From: an uncultured Myxococcales bacterium
GTDB taxonomy: Bacteria; Myxococcota; UBA4151
NCBI GenBank assembly: GCA_964013405.1
Contig: CAXGWI010000046.1
Coordinates: forward strand, 1-23,517
DNA: 23,517 nt
Reading direction: 5' to 3'
Every line of letters begins with the position of its first letter. Positions within the stretch are counted from its first letter, which is position 1. The position numbers were made by a program, and so were the translations under genes. Positions 9,170 to 19,866 of the stretch are shown in pieces. The notes beneath the pieces were generated by a model that searched no databases, had not been told where the DNA came from, and saw nothing but the letters and a program-made list of their open reading frames with translations.

Positions 9170-10378
9170 ATGCAAGCCCGTGATGTTGTGATCGTTTCTG
9201 CTGCACGAACGGCCATCGGCCGCCTGGGTGGAGGCCTGGCGGCCGTTCGGCCCGATGACCTTTTAGCCCAGGCTTACACAGAAGCCTTGTCCCGGGCCGG
9301 GGTCGATGGCTCGGAAGTGGATGAAGCATTCGCCGGCTGCGCCAATCAGGCCGGTGAGGACAATCGGAATGTGGCCAGGATGGCGGTGGTGTTGGCCGGA
9401 TTGCCTGAGAAGGTCTCTGCGGTCACCGTGAACCGCCTGTGTGCTTCTGGCTTAGAGGCTGTGGTTCAAGCCGGCCGGATGATTGCCCTCGGCGATGCCG
9501 ACCTCTGTTTGGCCGGTGGGGTGGAGAGCATGAGCCGAGCTCCTCTGGTGATGGCGAAGGGGGCCAAGGGCTATGCGGTGGGCAGCAGGACAGCCTACGA
9601 TACGACCTTGGGTTGGCGTTTCCCCAACCCGAAGATGGAGGCGATTTTCCCCCTCGAGGCCATGGGGTGTACGGCTGAGAACCTCGTCGATGACTACGGC
9701 ATCAGCCGTGAGGATCAGGACCGGTTCGCCTATGGCTCGCAACAAAAGGCGGTCAAAGCACGGGATGAGGGCTGCTTTGACGCCGAGTGCTTTACCGTCG
9801 AGGTGCCCGGCCGCAAGGGCTCGACCTTCGTGGCCCGAGATGAGGGACCGAGAGCGGAAACGAGCTTGGAGAAACTGGCCAGTCTGCGGGCGGTTTTTCG
9901 CCGCGAAGGTTCGGTGACCGCGGGTAATTCATCGACACTGAATGATGGGGCTGCGGCGCTGGTTTTATGCGCTCGGGACAAGGCTGAAGCCTTGGGATTG
10001 AAGCCTCTTGCTCGCTTGGTGGCTTCGGGCAGTTCCGGTGTGGATCCGACCCGGATGGGTATCGGTCCGGTGCCGGCGACACAAAAGGCCCTGGCAAAGG
10101 CTGGGCTCACCGTTGGCGACTTGGACTGCATTGAACTCAATGAGGCCTTTGCAGCCCAAAGCCTCGCGGTGATTCGAGAACTTGGGCTGGACGAAGATCG
10201 AGTCAACGTGCGGGGAGGAGCCATCGCATTGGGTCATCCCTTGGGTTGCAGCGGCGCCCGGGTGCTGACCACCTTGCTCTACGCCATGGCTGATCGGGGC
10301 GATCGTTACGGGCTCGCCACCTTGTGCGTCGGTGTGGGTCAGGGACTTGCTTTGATCATTGAGCGGGAAGCCTCGTAG
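9170..10378 (+). CDS. Acetyl-CoA C-acyltransferase (thiolase), PcaF/PaaJ-like subgroup
   Basis: [23 protein letters not shown] (catalytic Cys), [24 protein letters not shown]. Confidence 0.95.
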   Translation: MQARDVVIVSAARTAIGRLGGGLAAVRPDDLLAQAYTEALSRAGVDGSEVDEAFAGCANQAGEDNRNVARMAVVLAGLPEKVSAVTVNRLCASGLEAVVQAGRMIALGDADLCLAGGVESMSRAPLVMAKGAKGYAVGSRTAYDTTLGWRFPNPKMEAIFPLEAMGCTAENLVDDYGISREDQDRFAYGSQQKAVKARDEGCFDAECFTVEVPGRKGSTFVARDEGPRAETSLEKLASLRAVFRREGSVTAGNSSTLNDGAAALVLCARDKAEALGLKPLARLVASGSSGVDPTRMGIGPVPATQKALAKAGLTVGDLDCIELNEAFAAQSLAVIRELGLDEDRVNVRGGAIALGHPLGCSGARVLTTLLYAMADRGDRYGLATLCVGVGQGLALIIEREAS

Positions 10379-10400
10379 AAGGGCGTTCGTCGCGCCAAGC

Positions 10401-11783
10401 TCAACTGTTCTCTTCGAAGAGCTTCTTGTAGCGATAACGGAAGCTACGAAAACTCAGTCCCAGCAGGTCTGCGGCCTTGGTTTTGACCTGATTGACTTGG
10501 CCCATCGCGCTGTTGATTAACTGGCGCTCATAGTCCTCAAGGACGGCTTCGAGGTCGATACCGTCTTCGCCCACCACCACAGCCGGACCGCCCGAAATCA
10601 GGCTGTCGGGATGGCCTAGATCCGGGGGGAGGTCGGCCACGTCGATCCACTCGCCATCACAAAGGGTGACCCCCCGTTCGATGATGTTTTCCAGCTCCCG
10701 AACATTGCCTTCGAAGGGATGGGTTCCCAACAGGTGCATGGCTCCCTGGGTGAGCCCCCGCACATCCCGACCGCTCTCTGTATTAAAGCGATCGACGAAG
10801 TGGTCCACCAGCAGGGGGATATCTTCTCGACGGGCTGAGAGGGGGGGGACGTTAATTTCGACCACATTCAGGCGGAAGAAGAGATCGTCTCGAAAGTTCC
10901 CCTCACGCACTTGATCTTTGAGGTTTCGATTGGTCGCGGCGATGATGCGGACGTCGATCTCTCGATCTTTACGGTCCCCAACTCGTCGGATTCGCCGTTC
11001 TTGCAAAAGGCGTAGGAACTTCACCTGGGCCTGCAGGGGGAGCTCGCCGATCTCATCGAGGAAGAGGGTTCCGCCATCGGCCTCTTCACACAAGCCCATA
11101 CGGTCCGTCGTCGCACCGGTATACGCGCCGCGGACGGCGCCAAAGAGTTCGCTTTCAACCAGGTTTTCGGGGATGGCGCCGCAGTTGATGGGCACGAAGG
11201 GCTTCTTCGCCCGGGCGCCGGCATCGTGGACGGCCCGAGCCACCAATTCCTTACCGGTGCCAGACTGCCCCGTGATCAACACGCTGCGGGGCTGATGGGC
11301 CGCGACCTTTTGAACCAGCTCGAGGACTCGCTGCACCGCCAAGCTTTTGCCGAGAATCTTCGGATGTCGGGTCGCCCGAAGCTGCTTGCGAAGGCTGACA
11401 TTATCCTGGGCTAGACTTCGGCGCTCAAGAGCACGGTCGACGACCACCTCCACCTCGTCCAGGTTGAGGGGCTTCGTGAGATAGTGATAGGCACCGGTTC
11501 GCATGGCGGTCACGGCCGTTTCGGTGCTGGCAAAGGCCGTCATGACGATCACTTGAGTCTCTGGGTCGGCTTCTTTGGCGGCGCTGAGGACTTGAAGCCC
11601 TTCGTCTCCGTTCTCCAATTTGAGATCGGTCAGGACCACGTCTGGGCTTGGCCCCTTCTCAATGCGCTGGATTGCCGCTCTCCAGTCAGTGAGCGTCTCT
11701 ACCTCAAAGTCTTTCCGTTTGAATCGGATGCCGAGGATCGAACAACTGTTGGGCTCGTCATCGACGATCAGGATACGCGTCAT
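10401..11783 (-). CDS. pilR: Sigma54-dependent response regulator PilR
   Basis: Intact receiver (ILIVDDE, LTDLKL, KP), GQSGTGKE, GAYTGA, LFLDEIGE, HTH AADLLGLSFRSFRYR; ATGA overlap with pilS; position in the pil cluster. Confidence 0.88.
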   Translation of the reverse strand: MTRILIVDDEPNSCSILGIRFKRKDFEVETLTDWRAAIQRIEKGPSPDVVLTDLKLENGDEGLQVLSAAKEADPETQVIVMTAFASTETAVTAMRTGAYHYLTKPLNLDEVEVVVDRALERRSLAQDNVSLRKQLRATRHPKILGKSLAVQRVLELVQKVAAHQPRSVLITGQSGTGKELVARAVHDAGARAKKPFVPINCGAIPENLVESELFGAVRGAYTGATTDRMGLCEEADGGTLFLDEIGELPLQAQVKFLRLLQERRIRRVGDRKDREIDVRIIAATNRNLKDQVREGNFRDDLFFRLNVVEINVPPLSARREDIPLLVDHFVDRFNTESGRDVRGLTQGAMHLLGTHPFEGNVRELENIIERGVTLCDGEWIDVADLPPDLGHPDSLISGGPAVVVGEDGIDLEAVLEDYERQLINSAMGQVNQVKTKAADLLGLSFRSFRYRYKKLFEENS

Positions 11784-13372
11784 GCGCTCTCTCCGCGGCA
11801 AATCGGAAGAAAGACGTGGAATCGGGTTCCGCTTTCGGGTTCCGAGTCCACCTCGATGTGTCCGCCATGGTCATGCACGATTCGCATCACGATGGCGAGC
11901 CCTAGACCACTGCCGCCCCCGCCTCGTCGCCGAGAATAGAAGGGCTCAAAGATCTTCACGACCTCTTCGGGCTCCATGCCATAACCCCGGTCAGCGATGG
12001 AGACGACCACTTGGTCTGTTGCCCCTTTTTCGCCCACCATACGAGCGGTGCTGATTTCAACGGGCTCACCCTCTTCACTGGCTGCCGAGGCGTTCACCAG
12101 TAGGTTTTGCAGCAATTGGTGCATCTGGATGACATCCATCGCCACGGAGTGATCGCCACCGGGCCGAAGGAGGACGGGGTTGCGTCGGCCAGCTGGGCCT
12201 TTGCTGTAGGCCTCTGTCACTTCCTGAATGACCGTCTCTAAGAGGGCGGGGACGAGGATGGGTTTGCGGGGCCGGGCGAAGATCAGAAACTCTTCGACCA
12301 AGGTGTTGAGCCGGGTCCCCTCCTGCAGAATGATGCCGCCTAACTGGGCCCTTAACTCCCCGTCGCTGTCTTCTCGGATCATCTCCTGGGTTGCGCCCAT
12401 AAGGTTGCCCAGTGGGTTTCTGAGTTCGTGGGCCAAACCGCTGGCCATCCGACCAATTCCCGCCAGGCTTTCCGATTGAATGACCCGTTGCTCCATGCCC
12501 CGCAGGGTGGTGAAGTTCTCAAGGGTGACAAGGCTACCCTCGCCAAGGGGGTTGAAGGTACAACGGAGGACGCGGCGCTCTTGGCCCACCCGGTGGACGA
12601 CTTCTCGCTCTCCCGAAGCCGGCGCTTGGCCAAGGGCGGGTAGCGCTTCATGGATGAACTTACCAATCAACTGACCTTGGGCCAGCATGCTCCGAGCCGT
12701 GGGGTTTTCCATGGTGATACGCCCTTCGTCGCTGGTGACGAGGAGGCCATGGGGAAGGCTTTCGACCACGCGCTCGTGAACGTCTTCTAGTTCGGCCAAA
12801 GCCACTCGGACTTTTGCCGCTCGGTCCTCGAGAACGCTGCCGAGCCAAGCCGCGGTAAAGAAGGCGGCGACATGGGTGAGCCAGGTGCCAAACTCCGCTG
12901 GACTGGGGAGGTGGGCCTGCCAAGTGCCTCGGCTGCCCGTGAGCGTGATGTCGGCGCCGAAGGCCAAACAAACGGCCAGTGCGGAGATAAAGGCACCGGC
13001 CCTCCCCTCCAGATTGACACCGTTCATAATGACCAGAAGGAAAACGAAGGAGAAGGGGCTCTCCTCCGCACCCGTCGCTGCCACAATGGTACCGACAGCG
13101 ATGGCATCGATGAGCATCTGGGAAGTCACAGTCCAGCGCCTGGAGGCGCCGGCCTGCACCTGGAACAGGCCGATCAGGCTACCGAAAAGCGTCAGACCAC
13201 CGGCGATGTAGAGGAGCCGCCATTGATGGGGGGAAGCCAGGGTTCCATCGGGGTTGGGCTCGAAGCCGATCCCCGAACTCGCCGCCGTTAACACGGCCAG
13301 CATGAGAATCAGTCTCAGGCCCAGATAGAGGTTGAGTCCACCGGAACTGCTGGGCAGTGGGCGGCTGACCAT
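11780..13372 (-). CDS. pilS: Membrane sensor histidine kinase PilS
   Basis: Multiple N-terminal TM segments, PAS-like linker, H-box LAHELRNPL, N/G boxes (NLLVNA, DRGYGM, GSGLGL); lies between pilC and pilR. Confidence 0.88.
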   Translation of the reverse strand: MVSRPLPSSSGGLNLYLGLRLILMLAVLTAASSGIGFEPNPDGTLASPHQWRLLYIAGGLTLFGSLIGLFQVQAGASRRWTVTSQMLIDAIAVGTIVAATGAEESPFSFVFLLVIMNGVNLEGRAGAFISALAVCLAFGADITLTGSRGTWQAHLPSPAEFGTWLTHVAAFFTAAWLGSVLEDRAAKVRVALAELEDVHERVVESLPHGLLVTSDEGRITMENPTARSMLAQGQLIGKFIHEALPALGQAPASGEREVVHRVGQERRVLRCTFNPLGEGSLVTLENFTTLRGMEQRVIQSESLAGIGRMASGLAHELRNPLGNLMGATQEMIREDSDGELRAQLGGIILQEGTRLNTLVEEFLIFARPRKPILVPALLETVIQEVTEAYSKGPAGRRNPVLLRPGGDHSVAMDVIQMHQLLQNLLVNASAASEEGEPVEISTARMVGEKGATDQVVVSIADRGYGMEPEEVVKIFEPFYSRRRGGGGSGLGLAIVMRIVHDHGGHIEVDSEPESGTRFHVFLPICRGESA

Positions 13373-14565
13373 TAGACCTGATTGATAATGTCGAAGATCG
13401 GCAGATACATCGCGATCACGATGGTGCCGATCGTGCCGCCGAGAAAGGCCATCATGAAGGGTTCGATCATGGACGTCAGTCCTTCAACAGCCGTGTCCAC
13501 TTCACCGTCGTAGAAGTCGGCAATCTTCTCGAGCATGATGTCGAGGGCGCCGGCCTGCTCACCGACGGCGATCATCGAGCAGACCATCGATGGAAACACA
13601 CCGGAATCGATGAGCGGTTCGACCATGGGCTTACCCTGGGCAATCTGCTCCCGGGTTTTTAGCAGCGCCTCTTCCACCATGTCATTGCCTGCGGCTGAAG
13701 CGCAGATCTCCAATCCATCCATGATCGAGACGCCGGACTGCAGCATGGTGCTCATCGTGCGGCAAAATGTCGCCACTGCGGACTTTCGGATCAACTCGCC
13801 GAGAACGGGCACCTTGATATAGATCATGTCGGTGATCCGGTGCCCGGTCTTGTTGCGGCGAATGAGGATATAGACAATGGCCGCCGCAGCGATGCCGCCG
13901 AAGACGTACAGGATGTTGGCGACAAACCAGTCCGAGAGACCGATGACATTTTGGGTCAGCGCCGGCAACGTGCCGCCGAAGTCGTCGAACATCTTACCGA
14001 ACATGGGCAGCACCATGGTCATGAGCACGGTGATACAGGCGGCGGCGATGACGATGGTGATCATTGGATACATCATCGCCGACTTGATCTTCTTTTTAAG
14101 CTCGTCGGCCTTCTCTTTGTAGACCGCCAGACGCTGCATAATCACATCGAGCACACCGCCGGTTTCGCCGGCGTGCACCAAAGAGGTAAACAGCTTGTCG
14201 AAGACTTTCGGGTGTTCCCCCATGGCCTCAGCGAGGGTTTTGCCTGATTCTACTTCCTTTTTGATCTCTTTAATGACCTTGCCGAAGGCCTTGTTCTCGG
14301 CTTGGGAGCCCAAGATATCTAGGCATTGGACGAGAGGGAGGCCGGCATCGATCATGGTCGAGAACTGCCGTGCAAAGATGACCACATCTTTGGTCGTCGG
14401 CGAACCGCCCAGCCCTGGGATATTGATCTCCATGGGCTTCTTTTTGAGGTCGAGGACTTCCCCTCGTGCCTCCAGCTTTTGCCGGGCCACTTCGATCGTC
14501 GGTGCCTCGATCGCATCTTGCTCCCGCATGCCAGAGGGGAGTTTGATTTCATAAGCCCAAAGCAT
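13372..14565 (-). CDS. pilC: Type IV pilus inner-membrane platform protein PilC (GspF family)
   Basis: RQFSTMIDAGLPL, AGETGGVLD, SAMMYP, VGEQAGALD, AMYLPIF; TAATG overlap with pilS. Confidence 0.95.
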   Translation of the reverse strand: MLWAYEIKLPSGMREQDAIEAPTIEVARQKLEARGEVLDLKKKPMEINIPGLGGSPTTKDVVIFARQFSTMIDAGLPLVQCLDILGSQAENKAFGKVIKEIKKEVESGKTLAEAMGEHPKVFDKLFTSLVHAGETGGVLDVIMQRLAVYKEKADELKKKIKSAMMYPMITIVIAAACITVLMTMVLPMFGKMFDDFGGTLPALTQNVIGLSDWFVANILYVFGGIAAAAIVYILIRRNKTGHRITDMIYIKVPVLGELIRKSAVATFCRTMSTMLQSGVSIMDGLEICASAAGNDMVEEALLKTREQIAQGKPMVEPLIDSGVFPSMVCSMIAVGEQAGALDIMLEKIADFYDGEVDTAVEGLTSMIEPFMMAFLGGTIGTIVIAMYLPIFDIINQV

Positions 14566-14568
14566 CGC

Positions 14569-15669
14569 TTAGCGACCTCGGAAACTGGAGCGTGCTTTGC
14601 CTCTGCCGCTCGCATCTTCAATAATCTTCGCCAGCTCCCGAGGGTCCTGACTCCGGGCCATGGCGTCCTTCTCGGCCACCTTACCCGTGACGACGAGCTG
14701 GCTTAGGCTTTGGTTGAGCGTTTGGGAGCCGGTCTCCGATTGACCCACCTGCATCGAGCCATAGATCTGGGATATTTTATCCTCCCTGATCAAGTTGCGA
14801 ACCGCTGTTGTGGGTCGCATGATCTCCAGCGCAGCGACGCGCCCTTTGCCTGTCTTTTTGGGCAGCAGTTGCTGGCTCAGAATGCCCTCAAGAACGAAGC
14901 TGAGTTGAAGCCGGATTTGGGCTTGAGCATTGGTGGGGAAGGCATCGACGATTCGAGTGATCGTCTGGACGCAGGAGTTGGTGTGCAGTGTCGCCAACGC
15001 CAGGTGCCCGGTCTCCGCCATCTTGAGGGCGATTTCCATCGTCTCAAGATCTCTCAACTCCCCCACAAGGATGACGTCTGGATCTTGACGGAGCGCACCC
15101 TTGAGCGCCGTCGCAAAGGACTCGGTGTCGGCCCCGAGCTCCCTTTGATTGATGATGCAGTTCTTGTGCTCGTGAACGAATTCGATGGGGTCTTCGATGG
15201 TGATGATATGGCCGCGGCTCTCCCGGTTGATCAGGTCGATCATCGCGGCCAGGGTGGTCGACTTCCCCGAGCCGGTGGGGCCGGTCACGAGGACGAGACC
15301 CCGGGGCCGGCGAGCCATGGTCCGAACCACTTCGGGTAAACCCAGTTGTTCGAAGGATAGGATTTCATAGGGGATCACCCGGAAGACCGCGGCCACTTGT
15401 CCCCGCTGAACAAAGACATTGCCCCGAAAGCGAGCCAGGCCTTTGAGACCAAAACTGAAGTCCAACTCATTGTCTTCTTCGAAGCGGTGTTTTTGTGCCT
15501 CCGTCATGACTGAGAAGGCCATACTCCGGGTGTCGTCCCCCGTAAGCGGTGCGCCACTGATGCGTTTGAGGTCGCCATCAACCCGCATCACGGGAGGGGT
15601 GCCAGCAGTGACGTGTAGGTCCGATGCACCGACCTCCAGCATTCCCCTTAAGAGGTCGGCGACCTTCAT
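14569..15669 (-). CDS. pilT: Type IV pilus retraction ATPase PilT
   Basis: ASDLH, GPTGSGKSTT, TIEDPIE, LRQDPDVILVGELRD, ETGHL, TLHT, AVRNLIRE. Confidence 0.96.
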   Translation of the reverse strand: MKVADLLRGMLEVGASDLHVTAGTPPVMRVDGDLKRISGAPLTGDDTRSMAFSVMTEAQKHRFEEDNELDFSFGLKGLARFRGNVFVQRGQVAAVFRVIPYEILSFEQLGLPEVVRTMARRPRGLVLVTGPTGSGKSTTLAAMIDLINRESRGHIITIEDPIEFVHEHKNCIINQRELGADTESFATALKGALRQDPDVILVGELRDLETMEIALKMAETGHLALATLHTNSCVQTITRIVDAFPTNAQAQIRLQLSFVLEGILSQQLLPKKTGKGRVAALEIMRPTTAVRNLIREDKISQIYGSMQVGQSETGSQTLNQSLSQLVVTGKVAEKDAMARSQDPRELAKIIEDASGRGKARSSFRGR

Positions 15670-15692
15670 GCTTAGCTCAACTCCCTAATCAA

Positions 15693-17414
15693 CTAGTCCG
15701 CCACCGAGACGCGGAGGACTTCCTCGACCGTTGTGACGCCCTCCGCCAACTTGTTGAGGCCCGCGCGGCGAATGGTTTGCATCCCGCCGCGAATCGCCTC
15801 TTCTTTAAGCTCCGCAGTGGAGGCACCGTTCAAGACCGCATCACGTAATGCATCGGTCATCTCGAGCACTTCATAAAGCGCGACACGACCTTTATAGCCT
15901 GTATTGTTGCATTTGGCGCAACCCGTTCCCTTTTTGAATTCAGCGGTAGCGAGTTCTTCTGGCTTCATTTGGATGCGAAGACAGGTTTCTTCATCGATCT
16001 CGATGGGCTGAACGCAGTTGCTGCAGTTCCGTCGAGCGAGACGTTGGGCCACCACCAAGTTGAGGGAAGCTGTGACCAAGAAGGGTTCCACTCCCATGTT
16101 CATCAAACGGGTCACCGTGCTTGGTGCGTCGTTCGTGTGTAGCGTGGAGAGCACCATGTGACCGGTCAGCGCGGCCTTAATGGCAATTTCCGCGGTTTCG
16201 AAGTCGCGAATCTCACCCACCATGATGACGTCCGGGTCCTGACGAAGGAAGGACCGCAGGCTCGCCGCGAAGTTCAAGCCGATCTCGTCGTGTTGTTGGA
16301 CCTGATTGATGCCAGCCAGGTTAAACTCCACGGGATCTTCGGCCGTCGAAAGATTGATTTCCGGTGTATTGAGTTCGGAGAGGGCCGAGTACAATGTTGT
16401 CGTTTTTCCAGAACCCGTGGGCCCAGTCACCAGGCACATCCCATAGGGGAGGTGAATCTTTCTTTTGAAGACCTCCAAGGGCTCGGGCTCAAAGCCGAGC
16501 TTGGTCATGTCCAACTGGAGATTGGACTTATCCAAAAGGCGGAGGACGGTTTTTTCACCAAAAAGACAGGGGAGCACCGAGACTCGAAAGTCCATCTCCC
16601 TACCTTTGCCAAGTTTCAGTTTAATACGACCATCCTGGGGAAGCCGCCGTTCGGCAATATCCAAGTTGGACATAATCTTTAAACGAGAGGTGACGGCCAT
16701 CTTGAGTTTTACCGGCAAGCGCATGTGTTCATAACAAACGCCGTCGATGCGATAGCGAATCCGGAAATCCTTTTCGTAGGGCTCCACATGAATATCGCTG
16801 GCGTCTCGCTTGATGGCCTCGAGCAGGATCAGGTTCACCAGTTTGATGACGGGGGCTTCATCGGCCGCTTCCATCAGATCATTAACGCCATCTTCGGAGA
16901 GGTCCTCCTTACCGAAGCTTACATCGCCGAACTCCTCGAGGACCTCGTCCACGTCGTAGCCGGCGGAGATCGGTCCTCCCCCCTCCTCTTTTTTACCGTA
17001 ATATTTGTCGAGGGCAGCGAGGATCTGACCTTCTGGAGCCACAGCGGGGATGATGGGGCGACGGGTAATGAACTTTAAGTCTTCGATGGCATCCTGATCC
17101 GTTGGATCCACCATGGCCGTAATGAGGCCACTGGATGTGGCATTGACGGGGACCACCATTAATCGACGGGCATCTTCACCCCGCAGGAGATCGATGATGT
17201 CCTTGTCCACTTCCCACTGATCCAGGTCGATGGAGGGGACGCCATACTGCTGGGCGAGGAACTCGCTTAAGTCGGAGGCTTCAATGTAGCCCAGCTTGGT
17301 CAGGGCGTAGCCTAATCGGTCTCCCGTTTCTCGGGTTTCGGCTTCGGCTTCTTGCAGCTGGGCCAGGTTGATTAGGTTTTCGCGGACAAGAAGTTCGCCA
17401 ATTCGCTGGTTCAT
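15693..17414 (-). CDS. pilB: Type IV pilus assembly ATPase PilB with an N-terminal MshEN-like domain
   Basis: RIGELLV/RLGYAL N-terminus, ASDIHVEP, ERRLPQDGR, GPTGSGKTTT, LRQDPDVIMVGEIRD, two CxxC, TGYKGR. Confidence 0.96.
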   Translation of the reverse strand: MNQRIGELLVRENLINLAQLQEAEAETRETGDRLGYALTKLGYIEASDLSEFLAQQYGVPSIDLDQWEVDKDIIDLLRGEDARRLMVVPVNATSSGLITAMVDPTDQDAIEDLKFITRRPIIPAVAPEGQILAALDKYYGKKEEGGGPISAGYDVDEVLEEFGDVSFGKEDLSEDGVNDLMEAADEAPVIKLVNLILLEAIKRDASDIHVEPYEKDFRIRYRIDGVCYEHMRLPVKLKMAVTSRLKIMSNLDIAERRLPQDGRIKLKLGKGREMDFRVSVLPCLFGEKTVLRLLDKSNLQLDMTKLGFEPEPLEVFKRKIHLPYGMCLVTGPTGSGKTTTLYSALSELNTPEINLSTAEDPVEFNLAGINQVQQHDEIGLNFAASLRSFLRQDPDVIMVGEIRDFETAEIAIKAALTGHMVLSTLHTNDAPSTVTRLMNMGVEPFLVTASLNLVVAQRLARRNCSNCVQPIEIDEETCLRIQMKPEELATAEFKKGTGCAKCNNTGYKGRVALYEVLEMTDALRDAVLNGASTAELKEEAIRGGMQTIRRAGLNKLAEGVTTVEEVLRVSVAD

Positions 17415-17449
17415 AGATCCCCAAACAGGGCGTTGGTTGTTACCCAGTG

Positions 17450-17479
17450 AGTCTAGTGGCCCTTGCGCGCGCCTGTCAA
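17450..17479 (-). promoter_or_regulatory. Candidate sigma70 promoter for the pil operon (TTGACA-N18-TAGACT)
   Basis: Perfect -35 and a TAnnnT -10 about 35 nt upstream of the pilB ATG. Confidence 0.5.
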
Positions 17480-17504
17480 AAGGGTCGCGGTGGTCAAAGC
17501 TCGA

Positions 17505-17942
17505 TCAGGGGTCCTCAGGGGGCTCGTCTTCGTCATCCTGAACGAGGCGAAGCCGGGGGCGCTCTTTCTTCTTTTCGCCCGTTCCATCACCCTCAAGCAC
17601 TTGTAGTTGGGGCGCTTCCGCTTGCTTTGCTGGCCCATCGGCGCTGGGTAGATCAAAGCCGGGCACAGGGGCTGTGGGCAGAATCGCCAATAGGGCGACC
17701 CAGGGAATACGGCAGCGATGGGGGACCCCTTTGAAGCGCAGGGTGGCAGCGATGGCTTCATCGCCGAGATCCAACTCGATTTGTGGGTAGCGGCGACTCA
17801 GGACCAGGGGAACTCGCTTCTGACCGACGAGTCCCTCGGGTAGATCAACACCCGCCACCCGAGCATCCAGATGGATGTAGACCTTGCCCTGCGCGAGCGC
17901 CGCGTCCAAGAGCCGGCGGTATTCAGCGATGCTGCCGATCAT
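17505..17942 (-). CDS. SspB-family ClpXP adaptor (stringent starvation protein B-like)
   Basis: IHLDARxxGVxLP, ATLRFxGxPHxCxIPW core; C-terminal RPRLRLV resembles the SspB ClpX-binding tail. Confidence 0.75.
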   Translation of the reverse strand: MIGSIAEYRRLLDAALAQGKVYIHLDARVAGVDLPEGLVGQKRVPLVLSRRYPQIELDLGDEAIAATLRFKGVPHRCRIPWVALLAILPTAPVPGFDLPSADGPAKQAEAPQLQVLEGDGTGEKKKERPRLRLVQDDEDEPPEDP

Positions 17943-17980
17943 GGGCTGATCGATAAGTCAGGAGGGAGCGAGGAGCAAGC

Positions 17981-18412
17981 CTAGCTCCTCTCTTGAAGGG
18001 CTCGGTCCCGCATCGCTTGCGTCCAAGGGCTGCTTCGGCCCTCGGCACCGATGTGGACGAAAGTGACATCGCTGCGGCAGATGAGGTGCCTGGGTTTATC
18101 GGATCCTGGGTTGACCATCACCCGGGCTTCGACCTGAATACTGCTGCGCCCAAGGCGCATCTGTCGACACCAGATCTCTGCCACGTCATTCACTTCCCCT
18201 GGGGCTTCGAAGATCACTTCGCCAAACTTGACCGTGACGATGTCTCGGGTGCCGGTGCGGTCGAACACGAATCCGGCCACCGCGATGTCGATCCACTCGA
18301 GGAGGCGCCCGCCAAAGAGTCGACCTTGGGCATTCAGGTCGGGGTACATGATGATGTGACGGTGACAGCGCTCAAAGCCCTGAGCGCGGAGTTCCTGCAG
18401 TACTTCGTCCAT
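17981..18412 (-). CDS. Hotdog-fold acyl-CoA thioesterase (YciA-like)
   Basis: PDLNxxGxLFGGxLLxWID, VTV, GRSSI, TFVHI...G; TGATG overlap with the dnaB stop. Confidence 0.9.
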   Translation of the reverse strand: MDEVLQELRAQGFERCHRHIIMYPDLNAQGRLFGGRLLEWIDIAVAGFVFDRTGTRDIVTVKFGEVIFEAPGEVNDVAEIWCRQMRLGRSSIQVEARVMVNPGSDKPRHLICRSDVTFVHIGAEGRSSPWTQAMRDRALQERS

Positions 18413-19866
18413 CAGTGCACCACGGGGGCCTCAGGGCTGGCTTCCGGATCCACCTGCTCCGTAAAGAGGGTCCACGGCTTAAAGAAGTTCATCTTGATGC
18501 GCTTGCGAGGTCCGTGCCGGTTCTTCAAGAGCAGGAGGACCGCATTGTTCGGATCACCGGGGCCCCGGTTGGCGTCGGCTTCTTCTTCGTCTTCATCGGG
18601 ATGATGGACTGCGAGGACCGCATCGGCATCCTGTTCGATGGAACCGGATTCGCGCAGATCCGATAACACAGGCTCTCGTTTCTTCTTGGTCTTGCCATCT
18701 TCGCTGACCGCACCCTCTTTTTCCACGCCGCGGTTGAGCTGGGCCAGGGCGAGAACACAGATCTTTTCTTCTTTGGCCAGGGTCTTTAGCCCTTTGGAGA
18801 TGTAGGCCACCTGTTGCTCCCGGTTGGCGCCAGAGCCTAGGTTGGGGGCCTTCATGAGTTGGAGGTAGTCGATGACGATCAAGCCGAGGGGGCGGTCTGG
18901 CTGCTCCTTGGCAAGGGTGCGCTTGTAGCGGCGGACTCGTTGGCGCAAATCAGCGAGCGAGATGCCTGGGCTGTCATCGACCTCTAAAGTGCACTGATCC
19001 AGTTGTGCGAGGGCATCACTGAGCTGGCTCATCACCCGGTAGTACTGCTCAGGGTCTTTGTTTGGCAGCGGTGGTTCTCGCTTTAGACCGTGCATGTTGA
19101 GGCGGGCCAGGCTGGCGAGGAGGCGCTCGACCAGTTCTTCGCCGGGCATTTCCAGGCTAAAAAAGGCCACGCCGCATTGGTTAAGGGCTGCTGAACGGGC
19201 AGCCATGGTCAGGGCTAGGGAGGTTTTGCCGCCCCCCGGTCGAGCCGCGAGAATGATGACATGGCCTGGGCAAAACCCGCCGAGCTGGTGATCTAAGCGC
19301 TCAAAGCCGGTCCGTAGGCCGCGGTCGCTGCCCCAATCTCCTTTCGCCATGCGTTCGGCGAGGGACTTGGAAATGGTCACCATGGAGCGCATGGGGTTTT
19401 CGCCACTGCGCCGCTCGCGGATGGCGAGGACCGCAGTTTCCGCCCGTTCCACCGCATTATCGAGGTCGATACTCTTGTCTTGGGCGGTCTCGATGATCTC
19501 CCGGGCCGTCATGATGAGCTGCCGCAGCTGGGAGAGTCGCTGCACCACGGCCGCAGCCTCGGCAATCCCCGCTTTGGGCACCATCTGCTCTTCGACGATT
19601 CGGTCGATGTTTTCCGCGCCGCCCGCAGCCTGCAAGGCGCCAGCCTGGCGCAACCGGTCCACGACCGCCAGGCTCGGAATGGAATCGGCGCCGCTTTCGA
19701 TCGCTTCGGCAATCACCCGAAAGATCTCTCGGTTGTCGGCGGCATGAAAATCTTCGGGCGACAGATTGCGGATCTGTTCAGGGTCCAGTTCATAGGCGAG
19801 CATCAGGCCTCCGAGGAGGGCCCGTTCCGCTTCGAGATCATAAGGAAGACCGACTCGCTCGCTCAC
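18412..19866 (-). CDS. dnaB: Replicative DNA helicase
   Basis: LPYDLEAERALLG, AARPGGGKT, FFSLEM, IDYLQLM, QLNR, LSDLRESGSIEQDAD, KNRHGP; no intein. Confidence 0.95.
   Translation of the reverse strand: MSERVGLPYDLEAERALLGGLMLAYELDPEQIRNLSPEDFHAADNREIFRVIAEAIESGADSIPSLAVVDRLRQAGALQAAGGAENIDRIVEEQMVPKAGIAEAAAVVQRLSQLRQLIMTAREIIETAQDKSIDLDNAVERAETAVLAIRERRSGENPMRSMVTISKSLAERMAKGDWGSDRGLRTGFERLDHQLGGFCPGHVIILAARPGGGKTSLALTMAARSAALNQCGVAFFSLEMPGEELVERLLASLARLNMHGLKREPPLPNKDPEQYYRVMSQLSDALAQLDQCTLEVDDSPGISLADLRQRVRRYKRTLAKEQPDRPLGLIVIDYLQLMKAPNLGSGANREQQVAYISKGLKTLAKEEKICVLALAQLNRGVEKEGAVSEDGKTKKKREPVLSDLRESGSIEQDADAVLAVHHPDEDEEEADANRGPGDPNNAVLLLLKNRHGPRKRIKMNFFKPWTLFTEQVDPEASPEAPVVH

Noticed and set aside
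9106..9216. N-terminal extension of the NtrC-like ORF to 9216
   Set aside because: It overlaps the thiolase start, and receiver-like sequence begins only at 9105
18412..19866. Intein-containing or phage-type DnaB
   Set aside because: Normal length, contiguous helicase motifs and no phage genes nearby
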